A stretch of 55,980 nt of DNA, the filler included, from Sphacelaria rigidula (Eukaryota): the NCBI GenBank assembly GCA_964200075.2. It is 5 parts of 5 records of this genome, joined end to end, with 100 filler letters (N's around TTAATTAATTAA, not from the genome) between each part and the next. Parts side by side here need not be neighbours in the genome. Positions count along the whole stretch, not along the records: positions 11,218 to 22,334 come from CAXNAA020005366.1; positions 22,435 to 33,550 come from CAXNAA020005367.1; 3 more parts are not named here. The stretch is one strand, 5' to 3'. Positions 12,675 to 25,895 of the stretch are shown here, one piece after another; the first letter of the stretch is position 1; each line of letters starts with the position of its first letter. The notes beneath the pieces were generated by a model. That model saw only the letters and a program-made list of their open reading frames with translations. It was not told where the DNA came from and searched no databases. The translations under genes and the position numbers were made by a program.

Positions 12675-15600
12675 AAGAGAAAGAGAGAGTCGCGGGGCAT
12701 GGCGTCAAGGGACCCGGGGGAGCTCTCCGTGAGGAAGCCGAAAGGTCACCATCGGTGGTGTGGACCCCATCGTTGGAGCTGTGGTCGACACTTCCAACAG
12801 TGTCCGGTATGGCGACGACAGCGTCGGAAATGTCAGCTTCAGTGTCGGAGGCGTGACCGACATTGCTGATGATGTCGCTGTCAACGTCATCGACGTCTTC
12901 GACACTTTTGATCCTTTCCGAAGAGCAGGGCCCCAAGCCCTCATACTCACACCCGACAGGGTGACAATGCGGCCGGTGCTGTGGAAAGTGTCGCCGTCAG
13001 TAACGAGTGTTCTGGCTGCTTGCTCTGCTGAAACATTGGGGGACCTCGCGGCGCCTGCGTATGTCCTTTTAGACGCGGGTCAACGCTAGCCCAACCCAAA
13101 ATCACCTGTGAAGCGTATCCTGACCCAGACGAAGGGAGGTTATGAGCCCGTGAGTACGTGGGACCCACTTTATTTGAGTCACCAGCGCGTTTTCCAGTGT
13201 TCATTGGTGTGTGGGGACGGTACTCTATCAACGGCGGTGCACAGAGTGCCGTACAGTGAGTTGGCAGGACGTCGTAAAGCGGGAGGTTGGCAAGGTATAT
13301 CCCGGCAGTATCGCCGATAGTTCAGGGAAACCGCCGATATCCTGACACCTGTCGGGTCTTTCGGTGACCCAAGCCAGCATATACCTCACGGTGCGAGCCA
13401 GAATCGGACTGTGTCGTACCGACAGATCTGACAGTGTCGCCGACCGCCTTCGATTATCAGAAGTGTCGGAGGTGCCGATAAATGCCGCCTATGCTAGACA
13501 GGTGGGACCCACACTTTTGATCATCCCGAAAGTGTGGCAGACGGTGTCGAGAGAGTCGCCAGCACTACTATACGATGTATCGGTCACTTCGTCTCGAAGC
13601 TATGATCAACGGGTGAATGGAGTGGAGGGCATAAAGAATCCGCAACCGCTGATGCACACTTTTCACGTTTACTTTCGATTATTGATTGAGACGACAATCC
13701 TCTTGCCTGACTTTAATAGTGAGGCCTACAAACCTGGGACCTGGTCGGCCGCTACGATACTTGATGAACGCCCGGACACGGGAGCCTTCGATCATTGCAA
13801 GAGTACGACGCCTGTTTAGAATAAACGACCGCCGTGTCTGTTGATGTGTACTACACTATGCGAGAAGAAACGAATGTTTCTCCGCACCCGAAAGTGGATC
13901 GAAACTGCTCCGAGAAAGAAAGCGATCGAATCATCAACCGAGTAACCACGAAGATTGTTGTGACTGAAAAACACCGATTTTCCGAATGCAGGTTCTCAAG
14001 GTACCGCAGACCAGTCCGTTGGCCTGGCAAACATCGCTCATCGACTCCGAGGTAGACAACATCTTGAGCGGGATCACAAACGCGAGTAAGTCGGTTACGA
14101 CGCCGAAGCGAAAAGATTTTCTTCGACGAGGTTCCGGGCGCACGTCCGCCACAGGTAGTGGAACAACCCACAGCGGGGATGGGGACGGTGGGAGTGAAAA
14201 TGAAGCAGGACGGCAGGGGGAGACACGAAGGTTGGAGCTTGTTCCCGGAGAGGTGTGTTCGTTGGACCTCAAGGCTTTTGTCAACATACGTAGGCTTCAA
14301 GATCCGCATCTCACAAGAACTTTGTTTACGAAATTGCACTTCGACAATCCGGCGCAGACGCGGATTAAAATCGGTTACACAAACCAAGATTGTGCAGCGT
14401 ACGACTGACAAATGCGGTAGCACCGAGTTAGCCTGCAAGCGCTGTAGATCAACCAAGTTGTCAGTTTTTCCGAGGCGATCAATATCTTGAGTGAATTGAA
14501 TGTTGTCGAGTTGTTGCGCACGGTGTGTCCACCGCCAAAACGGTTGCAGGTTTGTCCAGTTTGCCAGGAGGAGATGGCGCACCTAGAAGACGGGGTGGTG
14601 GTCCCTGCCGACGATATGGGGAATTTGACATTTTGCAGCGACGGCTGCGGGAACAACATGCACACCAGGTATTCGGCGATACATGCGTAGATGGTAGAGG
14701 ACTTAGTTATTACCAGCTACCCGCATGTCCCACCGCACGTACCCATACCCACTTGCCGGCCACGATACGTGTCATGCCATCTAAGGCGGGTCACGCCGCT
14801 GACAGTGCTAGCTGACCCGAGGAATCAGTTAGTTAACAGCGAGGCTTGTAGCCCTGTCCCTCCTCTGTGACATTCTTAGCCACAACCCCATGATTCAGGG
14901 TGGAAGCAGTCATGTACCGTTTAATCTTGTTTATCTGCCGAAGTTCGGCAATGCAATATCGTGGGTTCGTGCTCGCGAAGCTTGCACGGGGATTTGTCAT
15001 GCTACTATTATACTGTCGTTGAAGCTGTCGGCCAAATGTAAATCTATATCATCATACCTCGTGATCAAGTGTGGTGTGGCGCAGTCACTCTTGAAAGGCG
15101 CACCCCTGGCGCCGCCGGGGTCATGTAGGCAAGCTGTAGAGGCTTCCTGACACGGAATGTTCTTTGCAGTGTGCATCGGGAGAGACTGACCCTTCTACTG
15201 CTACCTGAGGGATCCGATCGACTTTGTGAGGCTCTTGGTGGTGGAGGTGAACCCGGCCTAGTATGCATGTGGACTGAGTCCTGACGACAATATTTCTCAG
15301 AAAGAATGGCCCGGGCATGCGGACTCATCTTGCTTGTGAGGTTACTTACGCAGCGGCTTTGCAGGTGTCTTACGGGAGTGCCCAAAGTATCAATCTGTGT
15401 ACTCCACTCGACCTTTTGAACTTTTCAGCTGATCGATCAGGCAGAAGAAGGTCGATGTCACCACCGCTCGAAAGAATACCAAATCATCCTTAGCCAAGAA
15501 ACCAATACAAAAGTGAAGTCTATGCTTTATTAAATAGTACGCATGCATCAGGATAATTAATTATTCTCCTGGTTTGGAACCATAGGAAACGAATCGTCGT

Positions 15601-18600
15601 TGTATTTGCTCGGCCCTTTGTTGCCCGCGCATGAGATGGCAATGACCATTTATTGGTACTTGTTTTGTGACATGAAGTATGATATCAAGTCAATAAATGC
15701 ACCCCACGTGTGCGGTCAAGGGCGTGGACCCTTGACCTGCGAGGTAGGGACGTTTTCACTCCGAATTCTCGTCCGACGCAGACCCTTTTGTGGCTTGGTT
15801 TCCTCTTCTGTAGGTTCATTGCTCCCGAACGTTTAATATCGTGACTTTCTTCACGAGTCGAGAGGGTTCAATTCAGGGTCTCGCGTGGAAAAATGACTCG
15901 TCGCAGGTGCATGTTGATGTACGCGGAGCACCGACGTTCGAGCGGCGATAAACCATGCTGCCCGCTGTGTCGCACCGACTGGGGCATCACGAGCATTCGA
16001 GCCTTGAAGGAAGAACACCGCAAAGGCTGCGGGAAGGGGGGGCGAGGACGGCAGAACTCGGGGGCAACGGGGGCGAACGACGGAGGGACATCGAAAAAAC
16101 GGTCCGCGGTCTCGATCACCTGCAGGAGTTGCAAGGTCAAAGTCCAGGCGGTGTTTTTCCGGTGTCTCGTCTGCGTTCCGGCTGGGTCCTGGGTGAGTCA
16201 TTCGACTCGTTTGACTCTTGGACCGCCACGATGGGTGATGCGGGTCTTGCACTTATTATTCAGGTGAAAATGACGCCGATTCAACAGATGAAATATCTTG
16301 GCGTTCGAAAGGGATAACGCAGGAGATCAATATACCGCACTTCGGCTACTACTCGCGCCACGTAGGATCGCGCAGTTCCCTCTGGAACAATTTTCAATTG
16401 AGCTACGTAGTCACTCGGAAAGCTCCCAATAGTGGCGTCGAGGGCGAAACCCGACCATGCCAAAAAGCACTCTAGATGTACTGTCGCACTGCACTGTCGG
16501 CTGTGGCTCACGTTGAAGAAAACGCTCGCAGGTGGGGCTCGAGAGAGAAAGCGCACAGAGAACGTTGCAAAGAACATCGTACGTCACCAACTGGAAAAAA
16601 GCGTGCTTCGACCATGCCATCGACCTTCCAAGCGTAATATCTGAGAAAAATGTACTGCCTCTTGTCTTTCGCGGTTGTCTCGAACTTTGTGCGCGCTCTG
16701 CGTGATCTGACGCGCGTGGATGTAATGGCCTTCACTCTTAATCGCACCGAGATCCATACCGCTTTACCCGTCCCCATCACTACTATGCACCACCTTGATG
16801 TGACCGGTCAACCACATTCACGCTCTATCAAACACCACATGAAAATGACGGCAGGATGTGTGCAGGAGATGCTACGGCAGTGTCGGATCTAGCAGCACAC
16901 GGGGAGGGCCTTGCCCTCTTTCTGGTGGGGGCCGACATCCTTTCGTGCAAGCAGAAGCAGCTTCCGACCCTTGTGAATGGAAACCAGCACCGCCGCCTGA
17001 CACGACACAGGTCAACAGAATGCGAGGGGGGGGCACCGCTGGGAACAGCGCTGCGGCTGCAGGGCTACTGTCGCTGCAGGCAAGTTTCCCATGAACACTC
17101 TTGGTGGCGGGTACAGATTTTCGAGGGTATTCAGGTTGGCAATACAGTACTGTTTCCCTCGTTTGGTGGGGTGCCAGCTTCTACTTTTGCGGCCCTCGTC
17201 TCTCTGGCGATGCTTGTTTACGTCCTAATGCTCTTCCGAAAGCACAGTAGGGGGGGGCAAACAGGGCTCCGCCGTCAAGAGAAGGAGATGTAGACGCGTG
17301 CACCCACGTTGCATCCTCTGGCCAAGGATTGTTCATGGATAAAACTGAAGAAGTTAGGCCTATTCAGGGGCTAGTCTAACCAAGCGTCGTCTATCATGTG
17401 CTACGCCCAAAACGTTGAATGATGTTTCGCAGCACAGCGATCGAATTTTATCCTCAACAAAATAACCACCTCCCCTCTCCCACCCCCCCGTGACTCCGTC
17501 CATCCACATCTCCCGTTGATACCGCGCATCATCCTATTATTTATCGCGATCCTTGTGTGTCCGGGTTTGGGGGCAACTGTGACAGGGGCGCGATATTACG
17601 ACGGACGACTTTGAACTCCTCCTCACGCTAGACGCGTCGGTAACGCCCCCTCTTCACGAATACCTCCTACAATCGCTGCCTCATCATCAACCGACCAGTC
17701 AACAGCACTATGAAGGACAACCGCCAACGACCAACTCTTTGGACGCGATGACGACAACGGCACCACTGCCGCTTCCTCCCTGTAGTACGGCCGAAATACT
17801 CGGCGAAGAATCGGCCGATCGTCAGATAACCACCCTGTTCCCTTTCCAGCACCCTACTTTTCCCCGTTACCCCATACCAGCTGCACCGCTAGGGGACACT
17901 AGTTCTACACAGGTGGGTATACCAGCCCCTCCCCCGAAATCTTGCTGGTGTTCTATCGACAACGATGATGCGATGAACACAGGTGAGAGCAGAGACGACG
18001 GTAGCGCCGACGGTTTCCAGCGCGTTGAGAGTCAAACTCGCCAGTTGACGAGCGGGAAGCGCGTCTACCCTAGGGGCTGGAGCAGGACCTGGTCAACAGG
18101 AGCAGACGAGGCAAAGGCGACGAGGAGACTCCCCTGCGGACACCACGCACACGAAGGATGCCTGATTCCTATCATCCTTGAAGGCGTCGGTAGAGGCCAC
18201 CCGGAGAACTGTTCGTGTCCGTTGGACGATACTCCTCTGTTCCCATCTCTAGAGCGTCGTCTCGTCAGAGGTGGCGGGGACTGTACCAGCGGCAACAAAC
18301 GGCGACGGCGATGCGAATCCGAACAGGCGAGGGTAGGTACCGACGGGAGTGGGGCTACGGGGGAACGCCAAAGATTATCGACTTTGATGATACGGGGCGA
18401 TCGGGCGACTACCGTGAGATGTATAGCAGGGAGTAAGCACGTTGGGGCATCAGTGGCGAAGGGCAAAGCGCTGCTGCAACGAAATACCTTCGGGAGCGGA
18501 AACGACTACGGTACAAGCGATGCTTCAGGTAGCTTAGAGATCATGCTTGTAGGCTCGGGATTGGGTGTAGCAGTGTCTGCGTCTGCCTCATCACAGAAAG

Positions 18601-19457
18601 CTGGAGCAGTGGGAGCAACCGACGATTCATCTAAACAATCCCGATCCGAACAACTACTGAGCGGCACAAAAGTGACCGACAAGGACAAGAAAAAAACTAG
18701 CAGGACACTTTCGGCCCCCGAAATATCGTCGCTTCGGAGACAAAGTCGTTTTCAGGGAAGTGATGGTAGCGGAAACTACCGGAGCGTGGAGAGTGCAACC
18801 GGCGGACACAACACCCAAGGGCTTTCCGGTATTTCCTTAGTTTCTGAGGGATCCACTAGGCAGTCGAGACAATATATCCGGCACATTGCTGGTAATCTCC
18901 AACGGCGGCGTGCTCTGGGATTGCGTCTTTTTCCAGCGTTTGCGGTTAGACCGTTGATAGGAAAGGCGGACGGTGGTGATGGCGTTACCGACATCCACGG
19001 TGCCGGGGGCGTTGCCGAAACCGGCAGTGATGTTACTAACACTTCGGCACTGGATGTCCAGCAGGACAACGGCTCGCAAGGTGATTCAAGTGCTCCTCTT
19101 TTGGACTCTTTGCATAGCGCGGTAGAGAGCACTAGGTCATTGGGCCTATCCTTGCAGTCCATGCGTATCACGAGAAACAACGCCGGGAACAACGCCGGAG
19201 AGAGGAAAACTGGACGCGGCAAGACGATGACGGCAAATGCCGATAGCAAAGTTGACGGCATAACCGTACCTAATAACCGTAGAATCAGAGGTATGGCTCC
19301 TTTGCGACTCCCTATTGTGGTTCCCACAGGGGACCTTCCTTTTCTTACCACGGGGGAAGACGGAGGGTGTGATGATGGTGTTTACCATAACGATATGGAC
19401 ATGGTGGGTCGTTTGGAAGCGACACCACTTGGCGTGAATCTCGATTACCAGTATTAG
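12386..19457 (+). CDS. ZSWIM2: ZSWIM2/MEX-like E3 ubiquitin ligase (SWIM-RING-ZZ-RING), 5' end not found
   Basis: Phase-consistent exons: 12386-12493 (SWIM: VLIGSLQRCSCGVSLCAHHLFVMIK), 13992-14252, 14550-14668 (RING: CPVCQEE...FCSDGCGNNMH), 15907-16192 (CMLMY...CPLCR; ZZ: CRSC...FRCLVC), 16855-17079 (DVCRRC...HPF), 17586-19457 (RDITTDDFELLLTLD; RING-H2: RRLPCGHHAHEGC...CPLD; TAG). Domain order matches ZSWIM2. Confidence 0.88.
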
Positions 19458-20612
19458 ATCACCCCTGTCTGCGTCCGCAGCTCTCCTTGTGTCAAACTAT
19501 AAGTTCGAAGAAATGACATGCCCCGAACAGTCTATGAATAGTCGAGCATGCAAGGAACCTCACGTAAACCAGCGAGTTACATTTGGCGCAACCCCTGGGG
19601 CGTGTCTCGTGAACAGCTTGACATCATCACATTGTTCAACAGTTTGTAGCCTATTCTCTCGGCCTCACTTCACACCTGCTTCTCAATGGCATACCGGGGG
19701 TTCTTGCTGTGCAGCCGCCGGAGGACAGCCCTCCAGCAATGCCACTCACTCTGCACCCACCGATACACGTTAGCGCTCGATCGCCCGAGTTTCGTTTATG
19801 TACCCCACCGCCTTCCTCGCCTCTTCAAAAACGCTTCAACTTCTTGGGTGACGATGATGTGTTGGTGGAGGTTGTCGTATCCAACGGGGCGCTTGGGCAG
19901 CAAGCTATCCGCCGGTAATGTGTTCAGTTCTTATTTCAGATATTCGATCCCAAACCTCGCTAGTTCCACGTGACTGCTCGTTGTAGCGGTAAGCACGGGC
20001 TTGGAAGTTGATACAACGATTTCGTCCTTTTTGCAGTCGAATTGTCTTCTGCTGCCACGCATTCGGAAAGATTTAGGGCAGATTTTTCTCCAATGGCAAA
20101 GCTAGATGACGGTTGTCTAGAAAAGACAATTCGAGTGTTCGTCCCCGAAGTCGGTCGGGGTGATGGCTGACACTTCTCGTTCACCCAGACCCCGGCGAGA
20201 GAAAAGATACTCTCCTCTCGCTGTATTTGGAGAAGGTGTTCCTTTTCCCAGAGGGTTTAGGAATCGGTGGGAACAAATGGATAAAATCACGGAGGTGTTG
20301 TATGGGCGAGGCCTTATTCCCTGCGTTGGTGATTGAGGAAACAGAAGGGGGATTTCGGAGGCAATCACGAGAGCAAAGTGCCCAGTGGGGTTGGAAACGT
20401 CTGTAGCTTGAATGACTAAGCTTGGAGCTTTGCAATGTGGTGGGGTGACCTATACAGAAAGCATGCACCGATCCAAGACATGGTGACTATATCCGGAGCA
20501 GAGATGTACCACATTGTGTGCATTACATAGTACCTACTCCCTTCTTGTTTGCTCGGTGCGCACGTCTGACTGTACGGACTGCGCATAGGCTAAACATTTC
20601 TCCAAGTAAAAT

Positions 20613-21006
20613 GGGTCTTGCTATTTACGTCAACGTTGACGTAATCTGTTACATCCGTCAACGTTCAGCATCCGTCCCACAAGCCCCGCATGGACACACC
20701 AACACATGGTAAACACTCACTCAGTCTCTAGCTATCGTTCAAGCCATCGCACGGAGCAAACGGACCTGTAACGGATGAGATACATGCATGATGCATGGTG
20801 GCATGCCACAAGAGTGCTCACTCTGCCATGAGCATGTATCTCATCCGTTACGGGTCCGCTTGCTCGGTGCGATGGCTTGAACGATAGCTAGAGACTGTGT
20901 GAGTGTTTTCCATGTGTTGGTGTGTCCATGCGGGGCTTGTGGGACGTATGCTGAATGTTGACGGATGTAACAGATTACGTCAATGTTGACGTAAATAGCA
21001 AGGCCC
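20613..21006. mobile_element. Mutator-like foldback MITE (about 175-bp TIRs, 9-bp TSD)
   Basis: Near-perfect inverted arms 20613-20787/20832-21006, starting GGG and ending CCC. Flanks AAGTAAAAT (20604-20612) and GAGTAAAAT (21007-21015) match at 8 of 9 positions. Confidence 0.85.
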
Positions 21007-22334
21007 GAGTAAAATAATCACAAAAATCACAAGAGAAATACATGATGCGTCGTGATATCGGTAGTCAGAAATCTATACAAACATACCAGTTTTACTGCAG
21101 GTCACTGGCGCTACATTCTGACGAAGAGTACGCTATGCGTATAACTACTGTACATGTGTATATGGATACGGTGTAGAGCGCCAAACGCGTCACGCATGCA
21201 TGTGGCACTGTGTGTCAGATGTATGCTAGATAGAGGGTCCGCAGTGCCGCCCCCTTGCATGTCCATACACTCATACACGTGTATGTTCCTACTAAGGGCG
21301 ACCCGCTGGCTTCATGTTTGTTCAACTCGACGTCCGCCCACCGGGTGAAGATATTTGTGGCTCTTCGGCCGACACGGCAGTCAGATCATGTCAAGATATC
21401 GATTTGTACTTGGTGCACTGAACGGTGGGTTGTGGGGAGCGATGAATGCTCGTTCACTCCATGAACGTAGCCTGCACTGCATGATTGAGGCTACCACCTC
21501 ATGGCTGAGGCTACGTTTGGCACCTGAACGGGGTTTTCTCTACATCGCTGGGCATTCAGGGCTACGAGACTTCGGGTCGTGTTCGCGTCGTTTGTACTGT
21601 TCCGCTGTCTGTCATTTGTTGTTGTTTCTGCCGCTGCAGCTACTTTCGTCCGTACTTGGGTTGCTTGTGGTTATATTGCGGCCAAGTGGTTTGGATGTAA
21701 GCGGGTTCATGAATGCCGAGGGGCGTGCGGGTCACGCAGCCGGCAGGTGACTACAGTCTAATGTAGTCGCGCTGTATTAAGCCAAAAACCGACCGGAGAG
21801 TCCGACAGCACGCATGAATACACGGCGATACCGTCAGCTGCATGAAAAACAGCCTTGTTTTGGCCGAATACTGGTGTTACCGCTGAAGAGCAGTCCTCAA
21901 GAACTCTCTGGCTGATGATGTTTTCCTAGTTGTGTTCAGACTGGCCTTTGCTAGGTGCCCAACGCGCTGTGACCAGGGTGGGTACAATCGCAAGCCACTC
22001 GAAAGAGCAAACACGTTATATGGCCTGGAAGACACGAGGGCAAGCCTGAAATAGTGCACGCATCGCTTGCAAAATCCCCCCCAGCCAAATGCGCCTGTCA
22101 AGGTATTTAGGCTACCAATATTTTAGGGTTGGAAGGGGAGTGATGCTACGATAGGGGAGGAGATATGTTTGATTCCACGAAAGACAGGGGCTCGCAGATG
22201 TGTCAGACGACCTAACTACTCGCGGTGCCGTTGTGTGTAAGTGCAAACGGTATCAAGCGGGGACACTTTCTACGGTACCCCCCCCCCAAACCAGCTCAAA
22301 GTGTCACGAAAAAAATGGCCATACAACGCCTGAT

Positions 22335-22434
22335 NNNNNNNNNNNNNNNNNNNNNNNNNNNNNNNNNNNNNNNNNNNNTTAATTAATTAANNNNNNNNNN
22401 NNNNNNNNNNNNNNNNNNNNNNNNNNNNNNNNNN
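22335..22434. other. artificial contig linker
   Basis: N-TTAATTAATTAA-N spacer, 100 nt. Confidence 0.98.
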
Positions 22435-25400
22435 CGAAAAGCGGGGGGGGGGGGGGGTACCGCACGCACAAGGTGGGGTACTGCAAGGTGTTTTTTTCAC
22501 TCTCACCGCCGTAGGTGCTTGCATTTACCCGACTGAGTCGTTGCAAACTGTGATATAACATGTATACCCATTTTTTGGCGTCCTCTCTTGTGCGGGGGTG
22601 CGAATTCTGGATAAATGTTGGAGTAATGTACGGTATTGAGACGCTCTTAGAGACAGGAAGTACGATGGGATGTTATTTTTTGGGTAAATTTCCCAAACGA
22701 CCAACGACTCTCTAGTCGTGATTCCTCATTTTTACGAGGAAACTCGGGAAATGGCGAAGAGCAATGTGGAATCCTACGACTAAATGCGAAAAACAAAGAC
22801 GACTAATTCGACCACTCCGAGCCCCACGACTCATTGTCGTAGTCGTTGGACACGTGGAAATATGATACGTCTATAGTATACTCGTACTGTATAATTACAT
22901 GCAAGTGAACACGAGTGAGCCAACCGCTTTGTCGAGTTTGTACGACATGTTCTTGATACAATGTCAACCGTCGTTTGGTATGCCTAGAGCTTTCACACGA
23001 AAATGATGTCGGACGACAATATGGTGCGTGATCGGTAGGTGAATTAGACTGGTCTTATTTGCCAGTTTCGCGCAGTACAGGGTGATGTGTGGGGTACCGA
23101 CGGAGAATGTCTAGATTGATTTGCAATGAACAGATCAGCCTTCAGCTGTCATGTGTTTCATGTGCAATGCTGAGGTGTGGCACCACCTGTACATGAAGCA
23201 TCGATTCCCCCCGTTCGCTCTGAAGTCTTCCTACGTGCATTGTACCATGCCACACATGTCGGCTGCCACCTCTTAGTGCTGGGCTTTCTGAACGTTTCTG
23301 AATTGAGTCATGGTTCATTTTCCATTTTCCCCTTTTTCGCGCCGATACCTTTTTTCTCTCTTTTTTTTTTCCGATTTTTTTTTCCGAATCGTCAGTTTGG
23401 GGCGTGTTGTGTACCTCCGTTTGGTTGTATACCGCAAAATAGCCGAAAGGGCGGCAGGGGGAATACATGGGTGCTATTTTATCGTAGTACTCATTCCTCG
23501 AGATGGGACGACTCTCGCGCTGACCTCGTGCACGGGTCCACTTAGACTATCAGGCCCATCAGTCCACTACTCATCCTTTGAAGAAGCATGCAGTGCCGCA
23601 CGAAACAAAAGCAGGAAGGTAAACGACTCTGAGCAGCATTCCTGGCCCACACCCAACCACTGTGAAGGGGTGTCCGGTCTCGTTCAGAACCTTGTGGGGG
23701 ACTGCCTCCGTTTGCATTGTAAGTAAAACCTTCTCCACGATACAGGGGGGAGGAGACGACGAGCCTGGCTTGTTGACCCCCGATCACTCTAGCTGTAGAA
23801 GAGGCAGCACCGTCTCAACCGCTCTACTACGGTAGCACCGAGCCGCACATGAGCATTGTATCGTACCGTCACAGTGCATCGTGCGTGGTGGTAGCAGAGG
23901 AGGTCAAAAAGCAGCTTGTATCATCTTTGACCACATATCCCCCGCCCCGCACTGCGCGTCGATCAATTGGGTTGGTCGGCACTGTTTTCATGTGCAGGAG
24001 AACTACGGGATGCTGGAGGTGAAGCTGAGCGATCTGGGTACAACAATTTTGTCTCCCAGCTGGTTCCCGTTACAGGAGGACCTCGTCCACGGGGAGAAGG
24101 TAGGTCGAATGCGTCACCGGAAGGGGTGGGGGCGGGCGGGAGTGTGCGGAAAGTACTGCACACCATCGGGCCCCGGCGCGTAATGTTATATGTCTGGTTG
24201 ACTTGTGTGTCCAGAGTGCTTGGCTCACACAGTTACGTGTCTGACATCCGATATTTGTGTGTTTTCGCACTAATGATCATTGATGCTCTGCAACTCCAAA
24301 GTGTCAGTTAGTTACATGGGCAGCTAGCCTCCTTCATTTGGAAACCCCTATTTATTCGTGTCACATTCTGTCTAAGACACAGTCCCGTGCGTGCTGATAT
24401 CCACTGCCAATGGCCGCTGCACCTCGATGGTGTCATGGTACAAGACGTAAGTGAGATCTATTAGGGTTAGAATAATGCGGACCCGATTCCCGGTGGATGC
24501 ATTCGGATATTTTCTGACTAGTATCTGAGTTCCGCTGTTGAAAACTGAAGACGTGGGTAGTAGCAATTATCATTTATTTCACGGAGGTCGACGCGAGGCA
24601 GGAATGCTGATCCACTTCGCAACGCCGAAAAGTAGGGCGTATACCGGGGGATAGATGAGTTGATGCCTTGAGACAGACACGGGCTCGTTTAGAGGAAGGG
24701 CATGGGTTGCAAGTGTAACGGGAAAAGAAAATACGTGCTTCATGTCCTTGTTGCTGTAGGCGCTGTGTTTAATCCTGGTGTCCAGCACCTTGTTGCTGAT
24801 TTCTCAGGTGTACAAGCCGGCACAATGGTGTCTGATGCTCATGGTGGGGGCAATGAGTGTGCATGATTCATGAGACATACATGGGAAGGTGGCACACACA
24901 CGTCGACAGCACATTCTCCCCACACCGAACAAACGCTTCGTCATGAAAGTTTACCCGGCCCCATCTATGCCGTGTTGCGCTCTTCTTTGCCCCGCTCTCC
25001 CCGGCATGAAAAACGCCGCCGACAACAACATCAGGCCGTGGAAATACTTGCGGCCATCCTCAACAAGCACAATGAGTTGCGCCCCAGTTTGGAGTCCGTG
25101 CACCGCTGGTGCATTACCGAACCGCTATGGGTTACCAGTGGAGATGCCCTTAGCGGCAGAGCTCTACCCAACGATGTGGAGAGCGAGTTGAGGGACCTCT
25201 CCGCCCGCACCCGCAATCCCGCGGGTCGAGACTGGGATAGGGTACTCGAGGAGCGGAGGAGAAGATACCCGAAAGTGCTTCCTGTGCGGGAGTCGTTGCA
25301 AGCTGCTGCTGATGCTGCGCGCCTGTCTGCTGGTGACCCCTAGTTACCAGCTTTTATCGGTTGCCTTGCACGTGAGGGTAAAATCTAGCGGGTGTAGTAC

Positions 25401-25751
25401 TGATCGTGCTTGGTATGGCCTTTAGAGCAATGACCACGCAATGTCGAGAGGGCCGAGCATTGTTGTCGAGGGAGGCGCTTGTGCTGGTCCGCATCTGGGT
25501 ATAAAAGTTGTGAAAACGAAGACTTCTATCATCGTGACGTTTATTTTTGGTGTCTCCAAGGTATTTCCTGTTTGCTTATCCGTGGCTCGTGAACACTAAA
25601 TCATGACGAGAACATGCCGCGAATCTTTTGTGTATGACGTATGTTGTGTGCGTGTTAATATGTAGTAGACGGCGTTGCGCACTACTTGGACACGCCTGTC
25701 GCTATCGCGCGGCTGAGGACGGCCAGGCATGGGATGGGGTGCATCCGTGAT

Positions 25752-25895
25752 GTGTGTGGTGTGGTGTGGTGTGGTGTGGTGTGGTGTGGTGTGGTGTGGT
25801 GTGGTGTGGTGTATGGTGGTGTGTGGTGTGGTGTGGTGCGGTGCGGTGCGGTGCGGTGTGGTGCGGTGTTGTACGGTGTGTGTGCGGTGTGTGTC
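25752..25895. repeat. (GTGTG)n/(GTGCG)n pentanucleotide microsatellite
   Basis: Directly visible; explains the low-complexity ORFs here. Confidence 0.95.

Noticed and set aside
12628-13820. TGTCAC...GTGACA-bounded segment in the ZSWIM2-like intron as a solo LTR
   Set aside because: No matching TSD or second copy; probably repeat-derived but unclassifiable here.
19670-19975. Stop-interrupted minus-strand reading frame
   Set aside because: No recognisable motif; resemblance to the 24870-25343 ORF is too weak to support.
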